From Octopus vulgaris (lineage: Eukaryota): a stretch of DNA of 64,000 nt. Shown in pieces: positions 26,181 to 39,494 of the stretch (position 1 is its first letter; each line of letters opens with the position of its first letter). The translations under genes and the position numbers were made by a program. The notes under the pieces were generated by a model. The model ran no database searches, had not been told where the DNA came from, and was given only the letters and a program-made list of their open reading frames with translations. The stretch is taken from positions 20,646,001-20,710,000 of the forward strand of contig OX597843.1 in NCBI GenBank assembly GCA_951406725.2, written 5' to 3'.

Positions 26181-26619
26181 TATATATAAATGAATCAAAT
26201 AAACGTCCAAGGCTGTGAAAGATTTCAGAACATTTATAGAGAGGTCTTCCAGCTGTTCCAGGGATATTTTATATATCCTTTCATCGAAGACGGTGTGCGA
26301 AAATGGTTAAGCAATAGTTTTTCTAGAATACCTATTGCTTAACCATCTTCTCGCAACGTCTCCGATAAAGAAATACATAAATATCCCGGAAACAGCTGTA
26401 ACGTCTTCTCTTTAGAAATGTTCTTAAATCTTTCACAGCCTTGCATTTTTATTTCCTTCTGTTAATTTTATACATATAGATGTTAAAATATGACCAACGT
26501 TGGACTCCTCATTTGCATGTCCATAGCACTTACTCAGCTTTCACTCACACATTTGGTTCTCCTTGACAACATTACATCTCATATCCTATATATATATATA
26601 TATATATGTATGTATATAG

Positions 26620-27535
26620 TAGTAGTTGTAGTAACAGAAAAGAGGAATTTCGATTACCCCCACGTGGTGAGGTGTCATGTATATAAGAAATTAAAAAAGG
26701 AAAATACGCACACTTACATAGTTTTAATATAATTTTTAATATATTGACCGGTTTCGATATCGCTATTCATGATATTATATTTTACTTATTTGAATATATA
26801 TTTTTTCTTAGAAAGAAATTTTGTCCATGTTATGTGTGATGAAATTCAGGAGTGAATGACTTCACAAGTGGATAAGTAAAGGGCGGTTATTGGTTGTCGT
26901 TATTCATGTTATTGTTGTGGGTAAGGGAGATAACGGTTCAACTTTCGGTAATGGGTGCGGATTATATAGGAGTACAGACAAACAAGTTTCAAAAATCTTG
27001 TTTAGTAGGGGATTTATGTACAGTGATGTAATCGTGAATTGAAAGATGTAAAAAGATAACAGTTGGCGTTTACGTTGGCGTTAATATTAAGGCGTTTTCT
27101 TGTATTTTTCAATGAAAAAAGTTTCTTTATTTTAACGCTCTAGTTGAGAGATTGCGTCTTTGCACTGGTAAAAAGGGAAGAGTTTGGAATTTGGTTTGAT
27201 GTTACCTGCACATGTTTCTATATGTTCACTGAAAGAAATTTGTCTGTATTCCGGGAAACGGATTTGCCCTTTATTTAGAGTGGTTCTCTTTCTCAAGGTC
27301 ATACTCGTTTGTCCAATATAGTGGTGTCCTCAACCCGAGCAGGTTATTACATGAATTAGGTTTTCAGATGCACAAGTGAAACTAGTTTTAATTGTGAACC
27401 TCTGTCCTTTTTTGAAAAGGTAGTCCGAGCCTTCAAGCAGGTTGGGGCAGGTTTCACAGTTTGGGCGTCCATATTTTTCAACCGTTGGTTTTTTGGTTGC
27501 TTTGTAAAGCTTCGCGTTTGTTAGTAGTCTGGATC
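26620..27535 (-). mobile_element. Penelope-like element 3' fragment: GIY-YIG endonuclease and pLTR
   Basis: CETCPNL..FTCASENLIHVITCSG*GHHYIGQT..RKR..HIETC..ETFFIEK. A degenerate hammerhead tail GAAACCGGTC lies at ~26745-26775. Confidence 0.85.
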
Positions 27536-27699
27536 CCATCAGACACATCGATAAAGTTGTGTGTGAGTAAAGATTTTGAGTGTCATCTGACATGTAGTTA
27601 TGCTGCCATCTAGTTGGGGAACGAATAAAATACAAATAAGACTGCAGACATGCAACATATTCAAATATGAACGTGGAAGTCTTGTGTTCCTCTTTAGAT

Positions 27700-28151
27700 A
27701 AAGTGACCTAATGAGCTTTCGCTTTCATAACTGCTTAGAGGGAAAAGAAATTAGTAGAGGAGAAATATGAAAGAAAAGAGGGAGAAGAGGAAAACGAATA
27801 CTCAGTCAAAAATAAATGTAATTATTGGAGATCTTATTCCTTGTCTCTCTGCAGTGGAGATATTATTCCTTGTCAGCCGTGCATACCTCTGTTCCTCACT
27901 TTGAGATGTTCTGTTTTTTTCGTAGTGCACAGTCTCTTCGTTTCTTGGTATGCTTCCCTTTCTGCAGCTGTCTCTCTTTCCCTGGACAGAGACATTCTTT
28001 TGGCTTTACCTTGACATTGTAGAAAAATTTGACACCTTCCTTCTAGGCATGGTTATACAGAAATACACGGGTGAAGAAGATAGTAAACAATGAAAATAAC
28101 TGGGTAACGAAAATTATATTTCTTAATACGACAAGCAGAACATTAACAAGA
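27700..28151 (-). mobile_element. Helitron 5' end with N-terminal coding remnant
   Basis: MPRRKVS..AKRMSLSRERETAAERE..SQSEEQRYARL (helical repeats typical of RepHel N-termini). The terminus A|TCTTGTTAATGTTCTGCTTGTCG at 28151 resembles those at 3202 and 34843. Confidence 0.6.
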
Positions 28152-28499
28152 TAGTTTTCCGGACAATAAAGAATTGTACGTGTTGAAGCGAAATTTGTTA
28201 CTAACTGAACCAAAGTGCCAGTATCGAAGGAACCAGAAATAAGCCATTAACAACACATAAGCAAAAAACCGGCGCAAAAGTAAATAAGAAATTTTTAGGG
28301 AAATTAACTATGTGCGCGGGTTTAAGTGAAATGTTTGAAGTTACTCCTGTCAGTAAATTATGAACTTACTTTTATCAGTAATTCCTTCAAAAACACCAAA
28401 AAGAAAACGCAAAACGTTGCAAAAGTAAATAAGAAATTTACCGAAGTGTACGGATTGAATTGGAATTTATGAAGTTACAGCCTCCGGGAAAATCAGCAG

Positions 28500-31400
28500 A
28501 GAAATAGAAAGATTCCAGCATCTCACCTCAACCTTTTCTTTCCAATGTCTTTAATGACTGCATCAGCGATCCCTTTCTGCTCGTTGGTAAGGGTTGCAAT
28601 GAGTGGGTGGTTCATGTCATCTTTCTGCTCAACCCGTTACATTCCAATTGGTACAATCAAGCTAATATTAAACCAGCTGGTGCCATTTTCAATAAACACA
28701 GAATTTATGGAATGTAGAGTTTGCATTCAGCCCTCGGTGATCATAATCTTCCATCATAGAATTCTTGTCAGTATTCCACAGGCGAAGAACATTGGAAGAA
28801 TTTGAATAGGTGCAGAGGACAGCAAACGTAATACGCAACTGAAATGGCATCCGATTCGCAGTAGCTTCAAGTATAGTATGCTCCAAAACCTCATCATTTT
28901 GGAGGAGACCAACTCATATGTACGCATCTTTAAATGTTGCATAGATTTCACATCCTACAGTGCTCACTTCTGAAAGCGCTCAGCACCTGGAACATACAAA
29001 TACCAATTTTGAATAAATTTTTTTTACGTCCTTAAGGTTTTCAGGGTGCAGTTATTTCATTGCAAGGGGAAAAATTGTAGCGCCTTATATAAACCGTTCT
29101 TTCGAAACGTATTTCACACTTTCGTAATTGTACATTTTCACTCCTGGCACCTCCAATCTCTTGTTGTTCAATTAAGTGCATGTTCCCATATAACTCAGCG
29201 TAAGGATTTACTTGTTGCACATGACACCCAATCTTTGAGAAGAGCTTTGGGAGTTCTCACTTGCTTCCACTCTGCGATGCATAAATAATATACAACTGAC
29301 TGTACTGCAGGTGACCATTGACAGTTCGTAGTGTTGTGCGAAGTTTGGCACTGAATACGTTCTATATACTGGTATTGGATATATAATTTAACGAAGCTGT
29401 TTACACGACGCAATACGATTACAATTACATGAGACGCGACGCTCTCTGCCAACGGATCATAGGGAAATGCTTACCAATCAATTGTTCACAATCAATTGCT
29501 TACGACTAGACAGTTCTCCATGTAATGGAAATGTGTCAGACCACTTTTAGTCAGTTGTAATGTTGTCAGAATCTTTCCACAGCATATCCCCTTTATAGAA
29601 TTAGTCTCCCCTAAATTCTCCACTTGAGAATTAAAGTCACTCAGAGTTTTAATATCTCTTATGCTTAGGGCTCAATTCTTGTTTCCGTTCTTTTCGTTTT
29701 CTGGTGCTAGAACGTGTAATTGCAAATTGTTTCTGTGCTGGTACCTCAAACGTGTCGTGCAATTTTCTCATGAGAAATTCACTTCTTTTGTCTGATTTTT
29801 CCTTGAATCAGGTTTTAAGTTGGTTAATAAGTCTTTTATGTTCGATATTTCTTTTACCTTTTACCAGGATATCATTCTTGCAATTTATTTAACAATTGTA
29901 CCATCCTCCCAGCCTTGTTTAATATATGTATAGGTCTTTAATAAAGTTTGTCAGCTAACTTGAAGAATTTTGAAGTATTGTTTCTTTTTTTATATATTTT
30001 CACTCGGTATCGGCTGATCAAAGATGGATGTGATTATTCTAACAAACATCAAATATCTTTGTAACCAGAGATGTTTGCTTTCTACATTTATGCACTTCAG
30101 ACCGTGTTGAAAAACATTCCCCAACAACGAAGTGACATGAAACCTTAAGTGGTTTTGGCCACGGGTGCCATTTCGTGACGGGTGTATTATGAGCTAGAGA
30201 ACAGCGTATTGCATACTATCACTATATCTTCAATGTTACAGTCCGTTGTTGGCCACTATACCTAACTTCTCATTAACGATTTCATTATTGAAATCCCTTT
30301 GACTCAATATGAAATTCCTTTAGTAATTGCTTTTGTAGTGTGGCTGGCACTACGACTCTTTGTGCATACATCAGCACATTGTCACACCTTGTGATAGGCT
30401 CGAATATTTTTCATCTATTTAACGCTTCTGCATTTCTTTCATTTTTTAATGAATATATCGTTTCCCAATTGTAATTTTATATCTTGTAAGGTAAATAGCA
30501 GTTCACGCATGGAGTTATACCGTTTGCTTTTAATTTCATTTTCCATTCGCAAAGTAGCAATCACGGTATCTTCAAATGGTTCAGCATTATCTGAAATCTG
30601 TCTTGATAAACAATTACCGTGTCCTAATTATTTAGATGGTATATACTCTATCTTAAATTCATAGTTTAATGATACAGGACCCCAGCGTTGCAGCCTATTA
30701 GCAGTACGGTTAGATATTTATTTCTTTTACTCATATACTGATAATAACGGACGATGATCTGTCTGTATTCAAAAACTTTAGACGTGTAAAAATCTATGCA
30801 ATTTTTACTGCAAAAATAATTACAAGAGCCTCTTTTTTGATTTGGCTGTAATATTTTCTGCTGATATCAAGAACCACCGCCTTCATGTTACCATCTTTTT
30901 ATTTATGTAGCATTACTGCGCCGATACAGTATTCAGAGGCATCTGAAGTTACAACATTCCCCTCTACAGAATCGAAGCGTGCTAACAACAAATCAAATGT
31001 TAAAACTTTAAAATTTCGTCGAATTCCCTTTGACAATTTTCAGAGCAATTTCAATTGACATTTTTTAAATACATAATCTACTGTAACACTTACCCTATGC
31101 ATATTGAGAATAGGATTTTGGTCATAATTTGCCTTTCCCCAAAGCAATCATGTAAAGTCGTCATATTTGTCGGAGGGGGCATGTATTTAATTGCGTCTGC
31201 CTTCAACGGATCTGGTCCTCGTCCATTTCTTTCAATTTTATTTTCGGTAATAAAAAAATTGACGCTTTCTTTTTCAATGGAATCCCTAATTTTTTCGAAC
31301 ATATATATTACTTGCTCTACATGGTGATCCCGTGATTCGCATTTAATGAGTATATCATCCAGATATGGAAATGCAAATTTACTATCGCTAACACTGCATC

Positions 31401-34175
31401 CATAAGCTGTTGAAAAATCGGTGTGACATTAAAGACATATAATAACCTGTTGTATATATATATATATGCGTTACGTTTTAGGTATTTATAGCATTCATCG
31501 TCTACACTAATATGTAGGCACGCGTCGGAGACATCCAATTAAGAAAATACCTTGTGGAAAGTTTTAAGACACTCATTTAAACCAGTGGAAAAAATCAGCA
31601 TACATTCTGATTTTGTTTATTTGTTTCTAACGCTGCAAAAGTTTATCTGTTCCCACGATGCAAAAGTTACAGTTGGTTTATATTTAAATACCGGTTTGGC
31701 ATTTACTTTTACTTGGAACTTCGTTTTTGTTGTGATACTGAGATCTAATTTATCAGAAAGAATTTCAGGAAAAATCTTTTAAAATTATTTCTACAAATCG
31801 TCCGACGTCATTTGTATTGGCAAGAAAACCATTCACATTTTTACTGAAAAGATTTATGGGGAGTTCCAATAAGTTAAGCAATTCTATTCAGTGTTCCGAA
31901 TAATTTTGTGATATCTTTGGTTTTTAAGGTTTTCCTACGAAATGGGACGTGATTTATCATTACGCCATTAAAATGTAATTATTTTCCTGAAACACCACCT
32001 ACAATTTTCGAAATGTCTTTTAATCTAGGAATTCTGTTTTGTTCTATGTATCTGTGTTAATTATCGAGATATCACTGCTCTTATCTAGTTGCAACTTTAC
32101 GTACACAAATTTCCTTTGCGGCTGTTCGTTTTTTGGTCACCGATAAACTGTTTTCGTGTTTTCTTTCTGTTGAAATGTTTTCCAGGTTTGTTCTACAGTG
32201 TGATTTTTTATGATCTTTCTTGCCACATTTGACTCCTTTTATATTTTTAAACGGGCAATTACTTTTAAAATGTTGACCACCGCACCCGTAAGATTGATTC
32301 GATCTTGACATTTTTTCTCTTATTTCTTATCCGTTACAGTGGAGACACTGGAATATGAGAGCAATCTTTTTCTTCAATTTCGTTTTGGGCGTCGCTTTCT
32401 TCATTTTTTTCTGCGTCGTCTTTCCTGACATTCTTCTGCTTCTGTTTGTAGAGTTACTTTTTGTCGAGTTCTAATTTTGTTGACATCCGTGAACATATAT
32501 CTTCATCTTTGCTTGCAGTTTGGCCTTAAACCAAAAATATGCATTTGAACATCATCTTAATTCATATGATTTGAATTATTTACACTTTCCGTTAACATCC
32601 TCGGCACAGGTGACGAAATCTTCATGTTTTTGGACAAAATGTAAAAACTGTCCTCAAGTATTTAGCAGAGAACTTCTTTCCCTGAAACGTTTTGATAAAA
32701 TTTCGTTTTTGGATTTTAAACGGGCATTAACTTTTAAAATGTAGACCACAACATGGACTCCTTCTTGACATTTTTTGTCTTATTTCTTGTCCGTCACGCA
32801 TTTTATATTTTGAAACGGGCAGTGACTTTTAAAATGTTGACCACCGCACCCACAACATGGATTCGATCTTGACATTAATTTCTCTTATTTCTTGTCCGTT
32901 ACGGTGGAGACACTGGAATATGAGAGCAATCTTTTTCTTCATTTTTTTCTGCGTCGTCTTTCCTGGCATTCTTCTGCTTCTGTCTGAAGAGTTAATTTTC
33001 GTCCAGTTCTAAATCATTTGATAAAATATTAATAGTTTTTATTGAAACAAATCTCACCTGACTTCATGGGCAGAATATAATTACTATATTTTTTTATATT
33101 CGGCAAGTGATACCTGTCTTACAAATAGTCGTACTATTTTTCCTCTCAGATCAATTTATAAATTCTTCTTTGAAAATTTATTCGTATCTTCGAAAATATG
33201 CAGAGAAGGTAATCCCATCTTCTGGATTATAACTGAATTCTTCAATAGAGATTGCTACGCTGTCTGGCAAGTTCACACCTGAAGTATTTTTAGACTTCTT
33301 TAACATTGATTCCAGCAACTCTTGGTTTTGTTGTTGTTGCTGTTGTAGTTGCTCTTGTTGTTGTTACTATTGTTGCTGTTGCAACTGCACCACAGACGCC
33401 AATAAGCCTTCTATCTTAAACGATTTTTCTTTGGTTTCATACCCATCCCAAACAAATTTAAACGTCCAACGCAAACTTCGAAGAACTCTTCGCCACTTGT
33501 ATACCCTGGTTTGGAACGTATGATTTAAGGAATCAGGGGGAAAGAAAGTGTTTACACGACGCGAATCAATTACCCAACGCTCTTTGTCAATGGCCCACAG
33601 TGAACTATTTACCAATTAATTGCTGAAGACTCCACAGTTGTCTACTTAATAGGAATATGTCAGTACCATTCTAGTCAATTGGAAGGTGGTCGGAATCCTT
33701 CCACTACAATACAGAAACAATGTAGACCTCTTCCTTGCGGCACAGAGAGTTTCACACCAAATAACGTAAAGGAAGATATGCAGTTGTAATTGCTGATGTT
33801 TTTTTCGAAATGAAGCAGACTCTTGGTAATTTTCTCAGACAAACGCTTCAATGTCTGAGGGTTTAGTTGCAGTGGAGGAAAATTCCTTTCTTATTGTGAC
33901 AGTAAAATGAAGTTTTCATATTTAAAGTTCAGTGCACCACAATACTCGCAATATAAGTACATATCACCAATACGATAGGTTCGTTTAGGATTATTGTGTC
34001 TGTTCAGTGGTAGTCCATGTCTTCCTTCACGCTTTCGTTGCACCTGTTCAACTCGCAAACGTAACGCCTGTTCAGCATTCATACTTGCAACTCCATCTTG
34101 ATGTCTCTCTGCTTGACCTTGGAGACAAGCAGCCCTTTCCAAATCATACATATTCTCCCTTCTCTGTTACATTGT

Positions 34176-34232
<57 letters not shown>

Positions 34233-34843
34233 CACTGTAAATAAGTGTAATATTTACAGAATTGCATTATGAGCGTTAAGTGAAAGGTGGTATAAAATAC
34301 TTAGTTCAATTGAAAAGTTACTTTGCATTATGCACTCACAATACCACTACCACCACTACCACCGTCACTCACTCCCCTTTCTCTCATTTTCTCAGTTTAT
34401 CTATCTATCTTTTTATCTACGTATCTGCCTTCCTTTAATCTCACCATCAGAACATCACCGCTCTGCTAAGATTATATTCGTAAACCTCCTCAATATCACT
34501 ACCTTCAACTAACTTTTTCATCACGTAATAAATATTACGTTCCCCCTACCACATGTCCTCTCCCTCTTTTTCTCCCTCGCTCTTTTTTCTCTCCCCTTTT
34601 CTCCCTCTCCCTCTCTTTCTGCTCCACTCTTTGACTTACTTTCGTTTTCTCATTCATTTTTCTTTCTCTTGGTCTCTCTTTCCATTCAACTAATCACGTG
34701 AAAACATTACATTCACGTTCCTTCTACCTCAGGTCATGGACATTTCTCTTTCGCTCTTTTTCGTTCTCCCTCTTTTTCTCTAATCACGAGAAAGCTTTAC
34801 CGATGGACTAATTAACATAATGACAAGCAGAATTATTATAAGA
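28500..34843 (-). mobile_element. Helitron family A-related copy, split by a Gypsy insertion
   Basis: 28510-29150 is paralogous to 1095-1620 and 2510-2600. It has an N-terminal zinc finger CEYCGALNFKYE (33920-33960), and NISNYN..GRGLHCF / RIQCQ joins across the Gypsy. 34260-34843 is paralogous to 2690-3202, with the same 5' terminus. Confidence 0.85.
29360..33708 (-). mobile_element. Gypsy (Mag-like) LTR retrotransposon, old and degenerate
   Basis: 5' LTR ~33498-33708 (TGT...CA), followed by PBS-like TGGCGAAGAG (33486-33495). Gag FSYNPEDGITF and CCHC knuckles are present, as are RT and RNaseH remnants (TSDASEYCIGA, TDHRPL, RLQRW). PPT AAAGGGGATA precedes a diverged 3' LTR at ~29360-29584. 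TSD is ATACG/ATACA (29355-29359, 33709-33713). Confidence 0.85.
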
Positions 34844-35278
34844 TCAGAAATATTATATTTAAGTTTTCTTCATGACAGACTCCTTCGTTCCCTCCTTATT
34901 TTTTATATCATTCTTTTCTTCAGCTCCTACATTTTCTGCCACTTCTCTTATTGTTGTTTTAAAGTAGTTGCTATTGTTGTTGCATATCATCATTATCATC
35001 ATCACCATCATCATCATCATCATCATCATCATTATCATCATCATATTCTCCTTGTTGTTGTTGTTCTTCTGCTTCTTTTTCTTCTTATTCTTCTCTTCTT
35101 CTTCTCCTGCTCCACCAATTCCTCCACCTCCTCCTCCTTCTTCTTCTTCTTCTTCTTCTTCTTTTTCTTCTTCTACTACTACTACTACTGCTACCACTAC
35201 CACTACTGCTGCTGCTGCTGCTTCATCGTTGTTTCCTTTTTCGGCCTATTCTTCATCATCAACTTTCTCTTATGTTAG

Positions 35279-35350
35279 TCATCTTCTTCATAATAAGATC
35301 ACGATATGTCATCCAATGTCATTTCCACAAACTAAATGTCTCTCTTATCT
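35279..35350 (+). pseudogene. 72-bp LRR exon lacking a splice donor
   Basis: Acceptor tttctcttatgttag, then xHLLHNKITICHPMSFPQTKCLSYL (LxxNxIxxxxxxxFxxxxxLxxL). Exactly 72 bp, but followed by TC instead of GT. Confidence 0.6.
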
Positions 35351-36143
35351 TCTTTATTTACCCTCATTCTTATACAATTCATATTGTCTTGCAATTTGTG
35401 TTTGCCTGTGTGTAAGAAAGTGGGAATATATGTGAGGGCTGGAAGTGAGTGTGTGCGTTCATACATCAGGGTTTGATAAGGTATATATAGGTGGATGTGT
35501 GTATGTACACACACACAAAAATATATATATACACACACATATATATATATATTTATATATATATATATAGGAATATAAATATATATATTTAGGAATGATC
35601 ATTTTGCCAGTTTAGCCAATAAAAACACACGCACTATATATTTCGTGTTACTTTCATTCAGCTTTATTGATTTTTGACATTAATCTTAATCTTATTTCTG
35701 CCAGATTTCTTTCGAACGTATATAAACAGGAGATTCAAATATTACAAGCATTCCCCCCCCACACACACACACTCTAACTAAACATAGACACATATAGAGG
35801 TATACACAGGCGCAAATGAAGACACATACAATAGAAATACAAAATGCAAAATGGCTGATCGTTAGTAAGGAGAGACACACAAATATGAATGAAGAAATCA
35901 ATGAACCACTGATAGGGTCACAGGAGTGTGACGAAAGAACTCTGGCCGAAATAAGGGTAAGATTAATGTAAAAAATAATAACGCTGAAGCAAAGTAACAC
36001 ACAATATACCGTGCGTGTGTTTTTTATTGGCTAAACTGGCAATATGACCATTCCTAAATACAACAAATACAACAAATACAACAAATATCTGTTTCAACAC
36101 ACGATTTCACATCAAAATTCTTGAAAACAAATACATAAACGTG

Positions 36144-36247
<104 letters not shown>

Positions 36248-36477
36248 TGCGTTTGTTTGATGTGTGACTATAGTTTTTGTATTTATATTCCTTTATTCCC
36301 ACTTGTTTCCCAATTCTGATATTCCACGTTATGTTTCTTGTCTTAATATATCTTCTTTTCCTGCATTTATCGTCTTCATCACAATTTTTCTCTACATTCA
36401 TCTTGTTCATCATTTTCTGGTTCTTCTGCTTTTAAGTTTATCATCTGCTTTCTCCTCTCTTCACGAATCATATTTGC

Positions 36478-36725
36478 TTCTTCTGCTTCTTCTTCTTCTT
36501 CTTCTTCTTCTTCTTCTTCTTCTTCTTCTTCTTCTTCTTCTTTCTTCTTCTTCTTCTTCTTCTTCTTCTTCTTCTTCTTCTGCTTCTTCTTCTTCTTCTT
36601 CTTCTTCTGCTTCTTCTTCTTCTTCTTCTTCTTCTGCTTCTTCTTCTTCTTCTTCTTCTTCTGCTGCTTCTTCTTCTTCTTCTTCTTCTTTTTCTTCGTC
36701 TTCTTCTTCTTCTTCTTCTTCTTCT
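36478..36725. repeat. (CTT)n microsatellite
   Basis: Directly visible. Further ATC/CTT/ACT compound runs at 34990-35225 and 36810-36890. Confidence 0.98.
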
Positions 36726-37317
36726 ATTTTACTATATCTATAATTCTATGATTTATTTTCCTTCACCTTCTTCGTTATTCTTATCAAATTCTAATTTTCC
36801 ATCACATCTTTGATCATCATCATCATCATCGTCATCATCATCATCATCATCATCATCGTCATCGTCATCATCATTATCATCAGTATCATCTTCAGCGCTA
36901 TCATATATATACTCCTTCTGCTAATCATATTTTCGTATTCACTAATCGTTATAATTTATCATGTCATCATAACTATTTCCTTCCCTCATTTACTCTGCTA
37001 TTTCTAGCATGCAGAATCATCATCTCCTTCGTTATGAACATCATAATAATCAACGTCGTCATCACCAATTAATCGGTAGCGTTTGTCATCGTTTTCGATA
37101 ATAATCATCATCATTTTTCCTTCTCACCGTCATTATTACAACATTTACAATCAACATCGCAATCCTCCTCTCCCTCATCATCATCATCAACATCATCTCA
37201 GCCATTTTCTCTTCACCGTCCTCTTTTTTTTAATATGATTCTAAAAATACAAGATTTAATGTTTTATAAGAAATCTTTTTAATACTTTTTTCTTTTGAAT
37301 TGTGTTTTATGTTTCAG

Positions 37318-37389
37318 ATATCTCTATAATAATAAGATCACAACCATCCAACAAGGATCCTTTCAAAATTGTCCAAGTTTGCACACATT
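37318..37389 (+). CDS. Intact 72-bp phase-2/2 exon encoding one typical 24-aa leucine-rich repeat
   Basis: tgtgttttatgtttcag | ATATCTCTATAATAATAAG...TTGCACACATT | gtaagt. Translation xYLYNNKITTIQQGSFQNCPSLHTx fits LxLxxNxIxxIxxxxFxxLxxLxxL. Confidence 0.88.
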
Positions 37390-37808
37390 GTAAGTTGGTT
37401 AAGTTTTTGATATTATTTTATTCATGAATATTTTTCTAGGAAATTGATGTATTGTCATCTTCCTTTTTCTCTCTCTATCTCTAACTAATGTTCTGCTACT
37501 ATTTTCATGTTAGAGTGTGTATGAAGATGTCAATGAGTGTTTGTGTCTCTATGTGACTGCATTAATGTCTAACATTTTGTGTATGAGTGTACGATTGTAC
37601 GTGAATATCTATGTTTGCATTTGTGTCTATAGGTGGGTATATTATGAAATATATATTTATGCAGAGTTATACTCACTTCAAGAGAAGAAAGTATAGAAAT
37701 ATATTCATCCTCACTTTTTTGAGATACTGATTCAATAACATGAGTTATTTAAACTCTACAATTACATGACGTGCTGAAGTTGGTAGTCGTCATTTTCTAT
37801 TTGTACAG

Positions 37809-37939
37809 TGAGCTACAGCTGGGGCAATTTGGTCAAACTGTCCAGTGTGATGGCTGCATATGCCGTTTCAATTTCTTTAGGAAGGATGTTAATGTAGCTC
37901 AGTCGTCCACAACATAAAACAACGTTTGGTGTGTCCCTC
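37809..37939 (+). pseudogene. LRR C-terminal cap (LRR-CT)-like exon with an in-frame TAA
   Basis: tttctatttgtacag acceptor and C|gtacgt donor. In phase with the preceding LRR exon it reads ELQLGQFGQTVQCDGCICRFNFFRKDVNVAQSSTT*NNVWCVP (CD.C...C.P). The stop is at 37915-37917. Confidence 0.65.
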
Positions 37940-38234
37940 GTACGTTTCGTGTCTGTGTGTATGTCTGATAATTTTACTTATGTTGATATATTTTTATTAT
38001 CATTTCTATCCTCATTCCCAATTTTCTTGTTATTGTTTTCCTTCTCCATCTTGTCAGTTTTCTTCCTACTTATATAACTTTTTCTTCATCACAGACTTCT
38101 TCGTTGTTATTATTGTTGTTGTTTTTGTTCTTCTTCTTTCTCTTCTTCTTCTTCTTTTTCTTCTTCTTCTTCTTTTTTCTTCTTCTTCTTCACCTTCTTC
38201 GTACTAAAATTATTATTATTATTATTATTATTAT

Positions 38235-38266
<32 letters not shown>

Positions 38267-38694
38267 TTAACTAACGAAATACATTATAATCGAACCAAGT
38301 GACACTGAGTTTTTTGAGCAGAGTACTTTTTGAAATGTCAACTGATGAGAGACATCTGCAAAGAAAGATGCACCGCGGCCAATCGACCATTATCTCATCC
38401 ATGAGGGGCCGATTGAAGACGGGTTGAAACGGCAGTAGTGATTAATGTATCACGTAAAATCCATTTTCCATTTCCGTCATACGTGTGTGTGTGTATTGTG
38501 TGTGTGTGTACGTGTGTGTGTGTGTGTATGTGTGTGCATTCGCTTTGGCGTTGGCATGGCTGTGTGATAAGAATGTTCCTTCTATATTCAGTCCTTATGC
38601 GTGTACTCTGGTCTCCAACCGAACAAACCTGTTTATGTTGGTTGATTGGGTACACGGTAACTGAAAGAAACCTTATGTTACCTGAGCAATAATA

Positions 38695-39415
38695 CAGCGG
38701 CCCCAGCTTTTCTGACACTTTTGGAATCCAGCCTGGGCGTAGTTTTCCGTAGGTGAGTCGAGGACCTCTTGATCTCGACGACGGTGTTAAATTCACTCTT
38801 GATCTCGACCTCTGAGCTGATTTTTCATCTTGAGGAACAGATGCAAGTCAGCAGGTGGTAAATCTGGCGAATAGGGCAGGTGCGGAAGCGATAGCACGTT
38901 GTTTTTGGCAAGAAACTCACGAGTGAGGTGATAGGTGCATTTTTGTCGTGAAAAATTCAACATTTCACGAATCCAGATCCGGTCATTTTCCCCGAACGTC
39001 TTCCCTGAAAAATCTCCCAATGCACAATACCGAGGATGTCGGGAAAAAATGATGAACATGCTCTGGATGAAGCTGTAGATTTTCGTGCGCCCATACACTC
39101 GAAACATTAAGTACAACCCACTATCTCGCCGCCATATGTTTGCCAAAGCATGCTCTGTCTCTCTGTAGCAGACTTCCCAATTTTAACGCAAAATTACACT
39201 TTCTTCATTTCTTCCAATTTCCTCTTCATGACAAAATTGCAGATTACAGTATCACCAAATTGCAAATTCCACATCTTCGGAAGTATATAAAGCGATGTCG
39301 CTCAACAGGGTGCCTCATGAAGGTCACTGATAGCTACCACCACGCATACAATCGTATGCAGCCATCTGTTTGCGCGCAATAGAACTCATTCGTGAAATTT
39401 GAAACGACCTCGTAC
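38695..39415 (-). mobile_element. Mariner transposon relic, paralogous to 23925-24760
   Basis: REFLAKNNVLSLPHLPYSPDLPPADLHLFLKMKNQLRG. Confidence 0.85.
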
Positions 39416-39424
39416 ATGCATATA

Positions 39425-39490
<66 letters not shown>

Positions 39491-39494
<4 letters not shown>

